Shown piece after piece: positions 26,925 to 38,229 of a stretch of 64,000 nucleotides of DNA. A program made the position numbers and the translations under genes. This stretch comes from Camelus ferus (taxonomy: Eukaryota): assembly GCF_009834535.1 (NCBI RefSeq), contig NC_045732.1, positions 14,322,001 through 14,386,000 of the forward strand, read 5' to 3'. The notes under the pieces were generated by a model. It worked only from the letters and a program-made list of their open reading frames with translations. It ran no database searches and was not told the DNA's origin. Numbering within the stretch: position 1 is the first letter of the stretch; the number at the start of each line of letters is the position of its first letter.

Positions 26925-27237
26925 AAAAGGACACAAATGAAATTATTAACAAAACAGAGACAGATTCACAGACACAGAAAACAAACTTATGGTTACCAGA
27001 GGGGAAAGTGGTTGGGAAGAGATAAATAAGGAGTTTGGGATTAGCAGATACACACTACTACATACAAAATAGATAAACAAGGTCCTACTGTATAGTACAG
27101 GGAACTCTATTCAATACCCTGTAATGACCTAGAATAAAAAGAATGTGAAAAGGAATATATATATGTATAACTGAATCACTATGCTGTACACCAGAAATTA
27201 ATACAACATTGTAAACCGACTATCCTTCAATTGAGAA
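26925..27237 (+). mobile_element. L1 3'-UTR fragment
   Basis: ggacacaaatgaaattattaacaaaacagagacagattcacagacacagaaaacaaacttatggttaccag...ctgtacaccagaaatta...ttcaatt. Confidence 0.85.
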
Positions 27238-27589
27238 AATGACCTCCTAAGAGAAACGTTTTAGAGAAAACGACTATAACTTTTTATCAATGAAACATAC
27301 GGGAAGCATTTTGTAAGATTACAGCATAGGAATGAGAGCCAGAAAAGTGCATTATGCCAGCCGTCTTGCTGTCTTTCTCTGCTCACTGTCCCCAGTCAGG
27401 TTCCTGAATCCTTCCAAACACAGCACAGCATACCCATGGGGTTGACTCAAGAGAGGTGACAGATCTGTCAGTCAAGCATTAGATGGTGAAAGGATTAGAG
27501 GAATATTGGAAAACAGAAGAACAGTAGTGAGTTATTTTTGCGCAAATGAAAGCTTTCAAGTTAGGGAAAGATTTAATCTCCCCATAACC

Positions 27590-27850
27590 AGGGGTCAGCA
27601 AACCATAGCCCACACATCAAATCCTGCCTGCTGCCTGTTTTTGTATGACTCATCAGGGAAGAATGGTTTTTATATTTTCTAATGATTTTTTTTTAATTAG
27701 AAGAAGGATAAAATTTTGTGACACATGAGAAATATATGAAATTCAAATTTCTCTGTCTATGGAAAGTTTTATGGGAACACAGATACTACCATTTGTTTCT
27801 GGGTTGTCTCTGCTTTTGAGCTATGAAGACAAAAGTTGAGTTCTGGCCCT
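27590..27850 (+). mobile_element. MER58B (hAT-Charlie)
   Basis: caggggtcagcaaaccatagccc...gaatggtttttatatttt...tatatgaaattcaaatttc...gggaacacag. Confidence 0.75.
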
Positions 27851-29059
27851 TTCCAGAAAAGTGCTGTCTCCTTAAAAAAATTTTTTTTAAAAATCCAAAC
27901 TCTTTTTATTAATACAGAATATTTTCTCTGTTGGTCCAAACCATTTAAAAATTTCAATGTCACTCAATTCGCTTAATACAAGAGTGTAGGAGAATGCCTA
28001 AAATTTCAATCATGCAGGTAGTCAACATTCTCAAGGAGAAGATCTTTTTGTTGGCTACCAAAAGTGTTTTTAACTCATAAAAGAAAAAAAATAGCTTTAA
28101 ATTACAGGCAAAATGCAATGTCTGAATACATTCCTCTGCAACTTTTGTTCAGAGAAGTGGAAGGTTCAGACTGGGGAAGAGTAAGAAAGGATCTTCAGTT
28201 GGTTCAAAGTTGCTCCGGCAAGAACAGGGTCAAGAGTGAGGAAAGAGGGCACAGCATGAGGATTAACCAGAACTTTCCATTCCACCACTAACTAAGTGCA
28301 CATCCAGTGTGGGATTACTCATTGGTTGCTATTTCAATCAGTTTTATTTTCCTCAGTCTCTTTTTTCTTAATCATAAAATACACCTCAAAGGGGAGCTTA
28401 GAGCACTGGATAATTAGTGTCTATAAAATCCCCTGATATTGATGGATGTCATACACATTGCTTGTATATGTCATTTCAAACACTACTTCCTCCATCACTC
28501 AGAGACTGAATAATTTTGATCTTATCCCCTTTCCTCCGTTTTAAGTAGATGATGACATTGCCAGATACTCATTAACAAACATGTTCTGGCCTTTCTACTT
28601 AAATCGGGTTTTAACTGATACCATCAAACATTTTTACCAGACCTGAATGTCTCATGGTGGATGCTTGGCTTCAGATGAATGGAAATACATTTTTCTTTTT
28701 AAGATGCTGTGGGCAGACCAAATCTTTTTCTAAGCCAGTACCTTACACTCTGCAGATACCTCATGTTGGTTGAAATGAATATATTGAATGTATTCCAAGC
28801 TAAAATAGTGGAGTCTGTGCATAGGTAACTATGATTTGCTTTGTTTCTACACTAATATTTATCTCCTCAAACTTTTAGCTTTTAGAAAACTATGCCTTTT
28901 CTGGACCAGCTGCTGAAAACGAATTAAAATTAAGTACATGGTCAGCTTTGCTCTTGCAATTGGTGGCCTTCCCAGGAAGGGATCCTATTGTTCACAAAAT
29001 TCACATCCCCATCTGGGTAGTGCAAAAGTATTAAAGTCAAGGGAGGTCACACAATTTGA

Positions 29060-29135
29060 CAAGAAAGAAAGGAAAGAAGAAAAGGAAAGGGAAGGGAAAA
29101 AAGAGAAGAAGGAAAAGAAAGAAAAAGAAATAGAT
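29060..29135 (+). repeat. GA-rich low-complexity tract
   Basis: aagaaagaaaggaaagaagaaaaggaaagggaagggaaaaaagagaagaaggaaaagaaagaaaaagaaa. Confidence 0.85.
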
Positions 29136-29564
29136 TAAAATTCCATTCTATCCAAAGTGGGTCTGGTCTGTTAAGAATTTACAAACTCAGTGTTATGTAA
29201 AAGAATTCCCCATTTGGGACAGCCTAGACAATCAAAGAAGAATATGAAAGCATGCCATTGTTTCTCAGCCCTGAGGAACCTTCAAAGACAGAACCTTCCT
29301 TGGGTTTCAGATGGTTGAATCTCAGATTCTTTGAATTCATCGCATCCTTCATCCCTGACTTCATCACCTTTACTCAGCCATTTCCTCTGCTTTTAGTAGG
29401 ACTGAGGCTGTCTTTGTCCAATCAAAGTGACTTGACTGAGTTAAAATTAAAGCAACATGAAAGTTATGGAAGAAAGGAAGCAAGATGACAACCATCCAGT
29501 GAGTGAGTGGGTCCCACCCCAGCCCGCACTCTGCAATCACCTGGGGGACTATACAAATACCACA

Positions 29565-29735
29565 TTCATAAAACAAGTGTCTTCTGTATAGCACAGGAAC
29601 TATATTTGATATCTTATAGTAATTTATAAAGAAAAAGAATATGAAAAGGAATATACATATGTATATGTATGACTGAAACATTATGCTGTACACCAGAAAT
29701 TGACACACTGTAAACTGACTATACTTCAATTTAAA
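29565..29735 (+). mobile_element. L1 3'-UTR fragment
   Basis: ctgtatagcacaggaactatatttgatatc...gactgaaacattatgctgtacaccagaaattgacac...actatacttcaatt. Confidence 0.82.
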
Positions 29736-30795
29736 ACACACACACACACAATACCATGATCAGTCTATATCCGCTTCCCAACAAAAGCAGATAAATTTCT
29801 TAGACTACAGTGAGGACCAGGGATTGAGGTCTTTACAACTCCTTGGGAGATTCTAATGTGCAACCAAGTGTGAGAACCATTGTTCAAAATTAGGTTGCCA
29901 AGTCGTTGGATTGTGATACAGTGTACAAAAATTAATGATGTGTTCAATTTGCTAGTTTTCCACTTTAAGATTTATTCAGAATAAAAGGACTATTTTTGTA
30001 ATGCAGCATATGTATACAATGAGTCCAGGAATAAAACTATATATAGATACACTAGCACCATGAATTTATATGACTGTATCATGGGAAATCCCAGGAGCTT
30101 TACTAAAACAGTGCTTTGTGGGGAACACTGATTATTACTGTAAGGAAATTTAGAGGGCTTTTTTGACGTGAAAATATAGAAGAACGCTTTGTTGAATCAT
30201 TCAAGTATTCTTAATGTCTAGAAAGAATTCCTGAATGGTCACCTCAATTTATACTTTGCAAGAGTCTTAGTATCATACAAATTTGGTCTGTTGATTTTAA
30301 CAGCAATTATTTCCCCAGAAATATAAGAGAAGTATACTATAGATGTTTATAATTCAACAAGATTTTTATATGGTAAATCAAGGATAGGGGGAAAATTTTA
30401 AGAACTCTGATGGCAAAAGAATAGATTCATTCCCTTACCCAGATTCTTTTAAAGGTCAGCTCAGACAACACAACTGCCCTAAACACTCAACATTGCTCTG
30501 TAACTTAAAAGAGAAAATGCAAATATTTGCAATGATGGAAACTACAGTGGTAACATTTAAGTCCTTCCATCTTTGTCTATAGGATTGTTTCTTTGTTTGA
30601 TGGTCACCTGTCTGCTAGTAAAAAAAAAAAAAAAAATCTGGAGTTAATAATTTAATTTGCAATGGTTTACAACAAATTATTAAGCCATTTCCCCAGATTT
30701 GGTCTGTATATACATGTATATATGGCTAAAGACAATGTAAGGGTCACTGTATTCCAGAAATGAACTAACTCATTTCCCAGGAATATACTTTAGTT

Positions 30796-30798
<3 letters not shown>

Positions 30799-30835
<37 letters not shown>
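30799..30835 (+). repeat. (AT)18 microsatellite
   Basis: Pure AT dinucleotide run. Confidence 0.95.
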
Positions 30836-30838
<3 letters not shown>

Positions 30839-31018
30839 TTTTGCTAAAAGCACAAAGACTAAATGTCACTTAAAAGAATGTTTTTCAAGCCAGTGGCTTT
30901 TAACCCAGTAAGAGAAAATGGTCCAATACTCAGAAAACTCAGAGGAGACCTGCCTGTTATAACAACCATGAATTATAAAGTCCCACCTTGTCTTGTCTGT
31001 GGAGTTTAGAATGGAGAC

Positions 31019-31188
31019 CAGGAATTCTCAAAATGCAGCATGGACCAACAGCAATGGCCTCCCTGGGGAGCTGGTTAGAAAGGCAAGTTCTTGGACATGC
31101 TGAATCAGAAACTCTAGAGGTGGGACCCAGCAACCTGTGATTTAAACCCTTCAGGGGATCCTGTGAGCACTAAATTTGAGGACCACTT
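31019..31188. mobile_element. MER5A (hAT-Charlie)
   Basis: ttctcaaaatgcagcatggaccaacagca...tgctgaatcagaaactctagaggtgggacccagcaacctg...tttgaggaccact. Confidence 0.7.
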
Positions 31189-34100
31189 ACACAGATGTTG
31201 TAACACCCCTCGGTGGATGTGGCGGGGTAGGGGGCTAAACTTTTTAAAGAGAGGAGAAACTAAGGGTAAGTGATCTCTGTGCTACCCTTTCCATCTTCCC
31301 TTCCTTATGAACACCTTTGGATCCTCTTACTCATTCTTTGTCATCAGGGCCTATGCTTGGGCCTTCCTCTAGTTCCTTCTGCCTCCACCTGGGAACAGGA
31401 GGTATGATGGAAGAGGATGCTAGCCAAGGCACAGGAACAAGGGAGGGCTGGAGGATTTGGGAGGTGGGCGGAGGTGACCCAACACCATGGCAGAGGGAAG
31501 ATTTGGGAATGGACATGCACCTCAGTCACCCATGCTTCTGACCCTTTACCACTGGCCATTCTGAATTGCTTTTTCTAATAAACACGTAGACAGAACTCAG
31601 ACATTCAGAATGTGCCAGGAAAAAAAAAATCAGTCTTGATGAAGTTGTCCCAGTGTATTCTCAATTACTTATAAATGTTGCTTAAAAATTTTTTTAAGTG
31701 GTGTTGAAAGGGGGAGAGGGCAGTCAGCCAGCAGAGGGCCCAAACTCATCTGTTTATGATGAAAATACAATGTCCCCTCCTTCGCAGGCTGGAGTCAGCG
31801 CACCTCTTTAAGGTCTGGTTTGACACGAAATGTATAAAGCTGAAAGCACACATGTTAAACTTTGCCCTTAGGATTTCTTAGTGTGACTTTTATCATTTGA
31901 TTTTCAAATGTCTGTGACTTGGTTGACCACTGACAGGACATGCCAGGAAGGCAGAATGTTCACATATGACATCAGAGGCTGCTCAATGATTAAATGGTGA
32001 TAGTAAATCATATAGCAGCCTTCCACGAGCCAGTGTCTTTCTCCAATGTGTTTCATTTGAATCAAGTGACACTTAATATGTCTACTGAATACATTTTCGA
32101 ATCAAACGCATTTACTATAAAGGTAGACTTCAACACCACATCATTTGGACTGCAAGTGAGTTTTTCACCAGAACGTGTTCTTTCCATCTCCAAACAATGA
32201 CGACACAACAGTGAATTCAAATATACACGTTCCCTCAGCAAACACACTCTCTTCTACAACTTTAATTCTCTCCTCTGTCCTGATAATATTCAAATTTCAA
32301 TCTCAGATCTCAAATCTGACCAACTTTTAGCTTTGATGATCCCCCGTTATTTTAAACTCAACGTTCTTAACTGCATCATGTGCCCCTTTGAAATTTCTAC
32401 CCACTTTCTAGAGGATGCAAAGGATGTTACCATTCTTCAGGTGAGCACGGCAACATCACCGGAGACCCTGACCTCTCCCTGGTGTCTTCTCTTAATCACT
32501 CTCTAAGGCTGTTTGGCTGTTCATTAAAAGACTCCTTATAGCTTCAGCCTTCCCTTTTCTTCCCAAGGTTACCATTCTAACCATCTTCTTCCATGAATTG
32601 CTGGTTTTCATCCCTCTATCGTTTGCCCAGCCAGTTGGGTCCATGTGTGGCCACCAAAGTAACCTTCCCAGGAAGTTTGTATTACTATCGACACATTATC
32701 CAAAATCCAAAAAGCCGTCCATTCTTAAAGGATCAAGCAGACTCCCGAGTTGGTATGTAAAGTTCTCAAAACTATAGGAGGCTGAGCATTTCCCCAGCAG
32801 AAGTCAGCTATAACTACCACTGCCCTGAAATGAACATTCAACTTCGGTTATGCTGGATTCCTTATTGGTCAAGAACTGCCATGTCAGTTGCTCCTTGAGC
32901 CCTTGGTTGCATCTTTCCATTAACCTAGAATTTCTTTATTCCCCCACAAGCATCTCAGAATCTAGCAGAGGGCCAGCTGTGCAAACAGAGGCACCAATAA
33001 ACACTGACTCAATAAAGGCATACATGAATAATATTAATGCAACAAAAGATTTTCTATCTATAACAGAAATCACATAAAGCCAAATCTTGATTCTATTTCA
33101 AAATTGGATAGGATTAAATCATACCTTTCTGAAGACATCAATTCATACTTGAGACATCAAGACAGAGTTCATTATATCATAAAAACACTTTGATTAAATT
33201 AGTTTCAGAAACTGCTCTCTGGCCAAGGCGCTATCTGCTACGCAATGGATCAGGCAATAAATCTTACACTATATGTGCTGACAGGTGTAAGATGATTTAT
33301 TAAATTGTAAAACAAGGAACTGTGAAGCATTACTAAGAAAATACACACTCTCTTCCAATGCAACATTATTTTCCTTAACAAAAGCAATTTAGGAGGAAAC
33401 TGTACTATTAAAATAAAAGCAAATGCTTCCCATACATCTCTAATTCTATATATTAAAAATAATCCAGGAATGAAATCATTAGATTGTGCTGCTGGCTGCA
33501 GATCAGACAGATGACTTAATAATCATCCATCTCCGTAAAATAAAGCTCATCTCTCTCTGGTAATAATCAGAGAATTTACACTACCTATGACCTCCAATAT
33601 TTCTTCAACCACATGTTAGAAGTGTGATTTTTTTTTTACTCTTTTATCGAGTTTTTCTTTGCAATATTATTGTATTTTACATAATGACAACTAAAGAAAC
33701 TCAGCTACATCTTTAACTTTCTCTTCTGATTAAACTTGATTTGCCATGGTTTCCTGAATTTTAACATCTAACCAATTTCTTGAAAATTAACAATTTGCAG
33801 CTGCAGTTTCCCCAACAACCAGACATTTTAAAATTAAAAAAAAAAAATTTACCTAAGGGGACCTTCATGTAGGATTAATGAAACATGGCATCTTTGGTAC
33901 TCAGGATACACAGGTAAACTGGAGCGCCACGGGAGGGGTTGACGTGATTACACAACAGTATATATGTGGAACAGCTTGGCGGTGTACCAATCAGAAAGGC
34001 ACGTTTTGTTTTGTCAGGATGGAATGATATTGCTAGAGAAGTTGATACTCCTCCTCTTGGTCTCTAGCTTCCAAAGAGTATTCGAGTCCTAGACAAAAGT

Positions 34101-34321
34101 CCTAGGTCCAGAAAAGAGGGCCCCTTAGGAGTCTACTCTAGGATGGTATGCCAGAGAGATGCGATTCGGGCTGCAGCCAGCCCTTGGGGTCAGGGGAAGG
34201 CTGTAAGATAGCAGGTAGGTGGGTTCCTGGCTCCTTGCGGAATCCAGGTTTGTTTGCATGAATCTTAATGACCATTCCTGAGACTGTACAGAGAAAATCA
34301 GGGCCAGCAGTTATTGGACAT

Positions 34322-34419
34322 AACTTTCTGCACCCCCCACATTTATTCTCAAAATTTGAGACTAAAAGTGTCAAATTATTTTCCCAAACTCTGTAGGAGC
34401 CCTCCTCCACCTCCCCTGC
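34322..34419 (+). repeat. Long inverted repeat, left arm (98 bp)
   Basis: Reverse complement of 35091-35187 with one substitution and one 1-nt indel. Confidence 0.95.
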
Positions 34420-34929
34420 TTTATTAGCGCTTTATTAGATGGGAATGGATGCTCAGACAGAGGCAGACCTCTGTATGCTGCCTGTAGGACTTTAGAAAGT
34501 AGACCCCTTTAGACGACCTTCGCTAGGTTCCAAGGTCTGGGAAATTCCCAAATCCTTCACAGCACCAAGTACTTACGAAATCAGTCCAAAGAGCTCTGCC
34601 TGTGACCTTAGTCTGTTTCCTGGGCTATTAGTATTTCACACCAGTGGTTCTAGCTATGGTCTGTAGAATGCTCTCTGGTTCATAGGAACAGGTTCAGAAG
34701 GAAACTAGCTCAATTAGAGTCAGATGCATTGCTTCAAGGTAGGAGAGTCAGTTTGTCCTTGATCATGTGAGACAGAATATCTCATCCTTGGAGTCACAGA
34801 CCATGAAGCTGAATGTACGGTGGGATGAGGATTCCACCCGAACAGTCAATGTGGTGAGCATTAAATCTACCAGTGCCAATGTCCTCTAGCAACACAGACT
34901 GAGACTCTCCCTGCCTCTTCACGGAGTTA

Positions 34930-35090
34930 GAGGACTTCGGGTAGAAAATGCACACTCCCTTGAGGGAAGCATCATTCAGACAGGACTCCTGTCTCTCGTT
35001 TTTCCCAATGGATTCAAAGTACCTATCGCCATGCAAATTGCACAGTAGATTCTCAACAAATACTTGCTTTAAAAAATGGGCAGATGGATG
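34930..35090 (+). mobile_element. L2 LINE 3' end, inside the inverted-repeat spacer
   Basis: ctcccttgagggaagc...gcacagtagattctcaacaaatacttgc...cagatggatg. Confidence 0.55.
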
Positions 35091-35187
35091 GCAGGGGAGG
35101 TGGAGGAGGGCTCCTACAGAGTTTGGGAAAATAACTTGACACTTTAGTCTCAAATTTTGAGAATAAATGTGGGGGGTGCAGAAAGTT
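35091..35187 (-). repeat. Long inverted repeat, right arm (97 bp)
   Basis: See left arm. Confidence 0.95.
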
Positions 35188-35610
35188 CTCAGACTACAGA
35201 GCTATGCTGGTGCTGCCTGGGAGTTGGAAGTCTTTCCAGTTCCCTTAAATAGGCACTTCTGATTCTATTGAGAGCTTTCTGGAAAGATCCAAATACTTGA
35301 CATTCGGAAGATACTAAAGGCAGTAGGCCTACTGGTCTCTTTCTCCGTCAAAAACCTTATTCCTTAATTCTTTCTCGTACTTGTGCTAAAAAGAAAGGCC
35401 TCGCTTCTAGGGCTACATCTTCAACTCTTTGCCTGGAGAGTTGCTGTTGCAAGTCAGCAGATGCAAATCAGTAGACACTAGTTTGTGAATTACAGACAAA
35501 CAGAAAATACTGAGCTCAGGTGCTAGTGCTAGGTTTTCCCTTTGGTACTTCATAGCTAGTTATTTCAACTTCTCATCATCTAAAGTCACTAACTTTCCAA
35601 TTTGAATCTG

Positions 35611-35665
35611 TTGACACAACATTGTAAACTGATTATACTTCATTAAAAAAATACATACAAAAAAA
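35611..35665 (+). mobile_element. Extremely 5'-truncated L1 (~55 bp)
   Basis: ttgacacaacattgtaaactgattatacttcattaaaaaaa, the terminal L1 motif; TSD ttgaatctg at 35602-35610 and 35666-35674. Confidence 0.8.
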
Positions 35666-37582
35666 TTGAATCTGAAGAAAATACTCTTCAACATACTCTG
35701 AAGCTGGCTATGTACATACCAAACTCTTTGATAAGCAATTATGTGTCAAGACGGAAAAAGAGGAAGAAGTTGTCACTTGATACCCATGTTCTTTCCTTTA
35801 GTCCTAAAGTACAACGAAGGCTTACCAATGAGGACACTAAAGTAGCTTTACATGATTCGCATTTGTTGTATAGCAAAGCATCCCCTAAACACAGAAGCGT
35901 GGAATTGGAGTACAGTGCACATTGCAAGAGGCATCCTAGAAATGTAAAAGGAAATTGCCAAAATGAAGTTCAAAGTACAAGATAACAACCCCAAATGTGA
36001 ATTTTCTGAGCACAGGTAGAGTAAATGAAGGGCTGGACAGAGAAATGGGGGGGGGGGGGGCTTTAAGGGAGAAACACCTTCCTTCAAAGATCTTGGAGCC
36101 CCTTCTTAGCTAGGTATTTCCGCGGGGTTTTCTAGGCCTAACCAGACCCCCTAGGACTGTGGTTCATTTATTTCCAGGCAACCATTTCACCATTTGACTG
36201 AAGAGTCAAATCTATCAGGAGAGTTTTTTCACCTCTAATGGAACCTAGCAGGGATAATGTTCTCATGGCAAAGGATGGAATTTGGCAGAATCAATGGCCA
36301 TTTAACATGGTTAACACACTTCTGGATCCTATCAATTAAATCCTTCATAGAATTTTCACCTAAATTAAACATTACAAATGTACAGCTGGAAGGCATGTTA
36401 AAAAAAATCTCAACTGTATACATTACAACCATTAATGTGTTTTGCAGATTTTTTTTTTAAGCTGGGATGAATCCAAATTGACCATGTGTATGCTGTCTTT
36501 GGCAATCATATGGTTTTCCAAAACAATTATAAAAATAAAAGAAACATTTGCTCCTTGCTACTAGTGTATACAGTGTCTCCACTGGGTACTTTGTGCTGTT
36601 AGAATAATGTTCAAGATCTTTAAAAAAAAAATGTTGTAGCTCATTATTTACCAGTGTCTGCCAGTTGTGAGAAATGAAAGAGCTATGATGAGGGCAGCTG
36701 GGGTGGGGAATTCAAGACTTAATGTGGCGATTAACATCCGAAATAGCGTCTAAACAAAACACTGAAGAATAAAAGGATTGAACTTGAACCCTTGCTGCTC
36801 TAAAGCCATTCTTTCCTTCGACTATTATATGAGTTTACAATGAAAAGTAAAAAATTAAAAAATCATCACAGATTAACGATAGCAGCCAGGTTTACTGGGC
36901 AGTAACATCCTTCACAACAAAAGTATCTTTGTGCTAATCTTAGCGCCTTCCCATCTGAACAATGAGTAGGATCAATAAATGTCTGAATTGCAATGGAATA
37001 TGAATGGACACTGGTGCTGGGAGTAACTGAAGCACTCCGTTCCACTCTACTTCAGATTCAAAAGATTTCAAAGATACCCCAACCACGTCACATTGGAAGG
37101 CACCATAATAATTAAATTTGAGCTTCTTTTTGGATTAAAAAAAATAGAGTTTTTAGTGCAACTCAATTCCAGTTCATTAAGTCGAAGTCTTAGTTCAACT
37201 ATCATGTACCAAACATATAATAATCTTCCCCATATGACACACTCCATTATATAAATGCTCACAATATCCACACAACAAAGTCTACAGACTTCTAGTCCAA
37301 TTTGCAGTGCATTACGTATTTGTGAGCTCTGGAAGATCAAATACTGACCACAAGATAAATCTCAACACCTTTGACAATATTTAATTTCAGAAAAACAATT
37401 TTCACAGCTAGACAAACAGCATTAGGAACATACTCAAGTTCTCATAGCTTCTGTGGTCCTCTCTTTTTCTACAAATCACTCTTGAGTTTATCTGGTTCCA
37501 AAGCACTTGGTCATTCTCCTGTCCTAGCAGAAAGGTGGGCTAGGCAAGGTAACAACTCATTTGTTTAAAACTAGAGGAGGTA

Positions 37583-38074
37583 TATGTGGAATTTTTTTTT
37601 AAAAAATGACACAAATGAACTCATTTTACAAAACAGAAACAGACTCACAGACATAGAAAAGAAACTTATAGTTATGGGGGGGAAGTGGGGAGTGGAGGGA
37701 TAAATTGGGAGTTCAAGATTTGCAGACACTAACTACCATATATAAAATAGGGAGGAGGGTATAGCTCAGTGACAGAGCACATGCTTAGCATGTGCGAGGT
37801 CCTGGGTTCAATCCCCACTACCTCTACTGAAAAAATAAACTTAAAAAAAAAAAAAAAACAACAAGTTTCTACTGTATAGCACAAGGTGCTGTATTCAATA
37901 CCTTGTAATGGCCTATAATGAAAAACAATAAGAAAAAGAATATATATGTGTATGTGTGTGTATTTATATATATAAAAAACTGAATCACTATTCTGTACAC
38001 CAGAAACTAACACAACATTGTAAATTGACTATACATCAATTAAAAAATGTAAAAAAAAAAAGAAAGAGAAAAAG
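37583..38074 (+). mobile_element. L1 3' fragment containing a nested SINE
   Basis: L1 end sequence flanked by a perfect 16-bp TSD aaaactagaggaggta (37567-37582 and 38075-38090). Confidence 0.9.
37751..37858 (+). mobile_element. Vic-1-type SINE nested in the L1
   Basis: ggagggtatagctcagtgacagagcacatgcttagcatgtgcgaggtcctgggttcaatccccactacctc, with Pol III A/B boxes and an A-rich tail. Confidence 0.9.
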
Positions 38075-38160
38075 AAAACTAGAGGAGGTAATTCCTCTTT
38101 CTGCACAGCCCTCCTCATGCAATAGGAGTCATAATAGTAACGATAATAATAGTGGTACAT

Positions 38161-38194
38161 TAGCAGTAGTAGCAGCCATAGCAGCAGCCATAGT

Positions 38195-38228
<34 letters not shown>
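38161..38228 (+). repeat. (AGC)10 trinucleotide repeat with degenerate flank, at a MIR tail
   Basis: Pure AGC run 38198-38228; a MIR-like minus-strand relic follows (~38235-38450). Confidence 0.9.

Positions 38229-38229
<1 letters not shown>

Noticed and set aside
37751-37830. tRNA-Ala-like sequences (also at ~21680-21757 and ~49470-49544)
   Set aside because: They have SINE tails and, in two cases, TSDs; they are Vic-1-type SINEs rather than tRNA genes.
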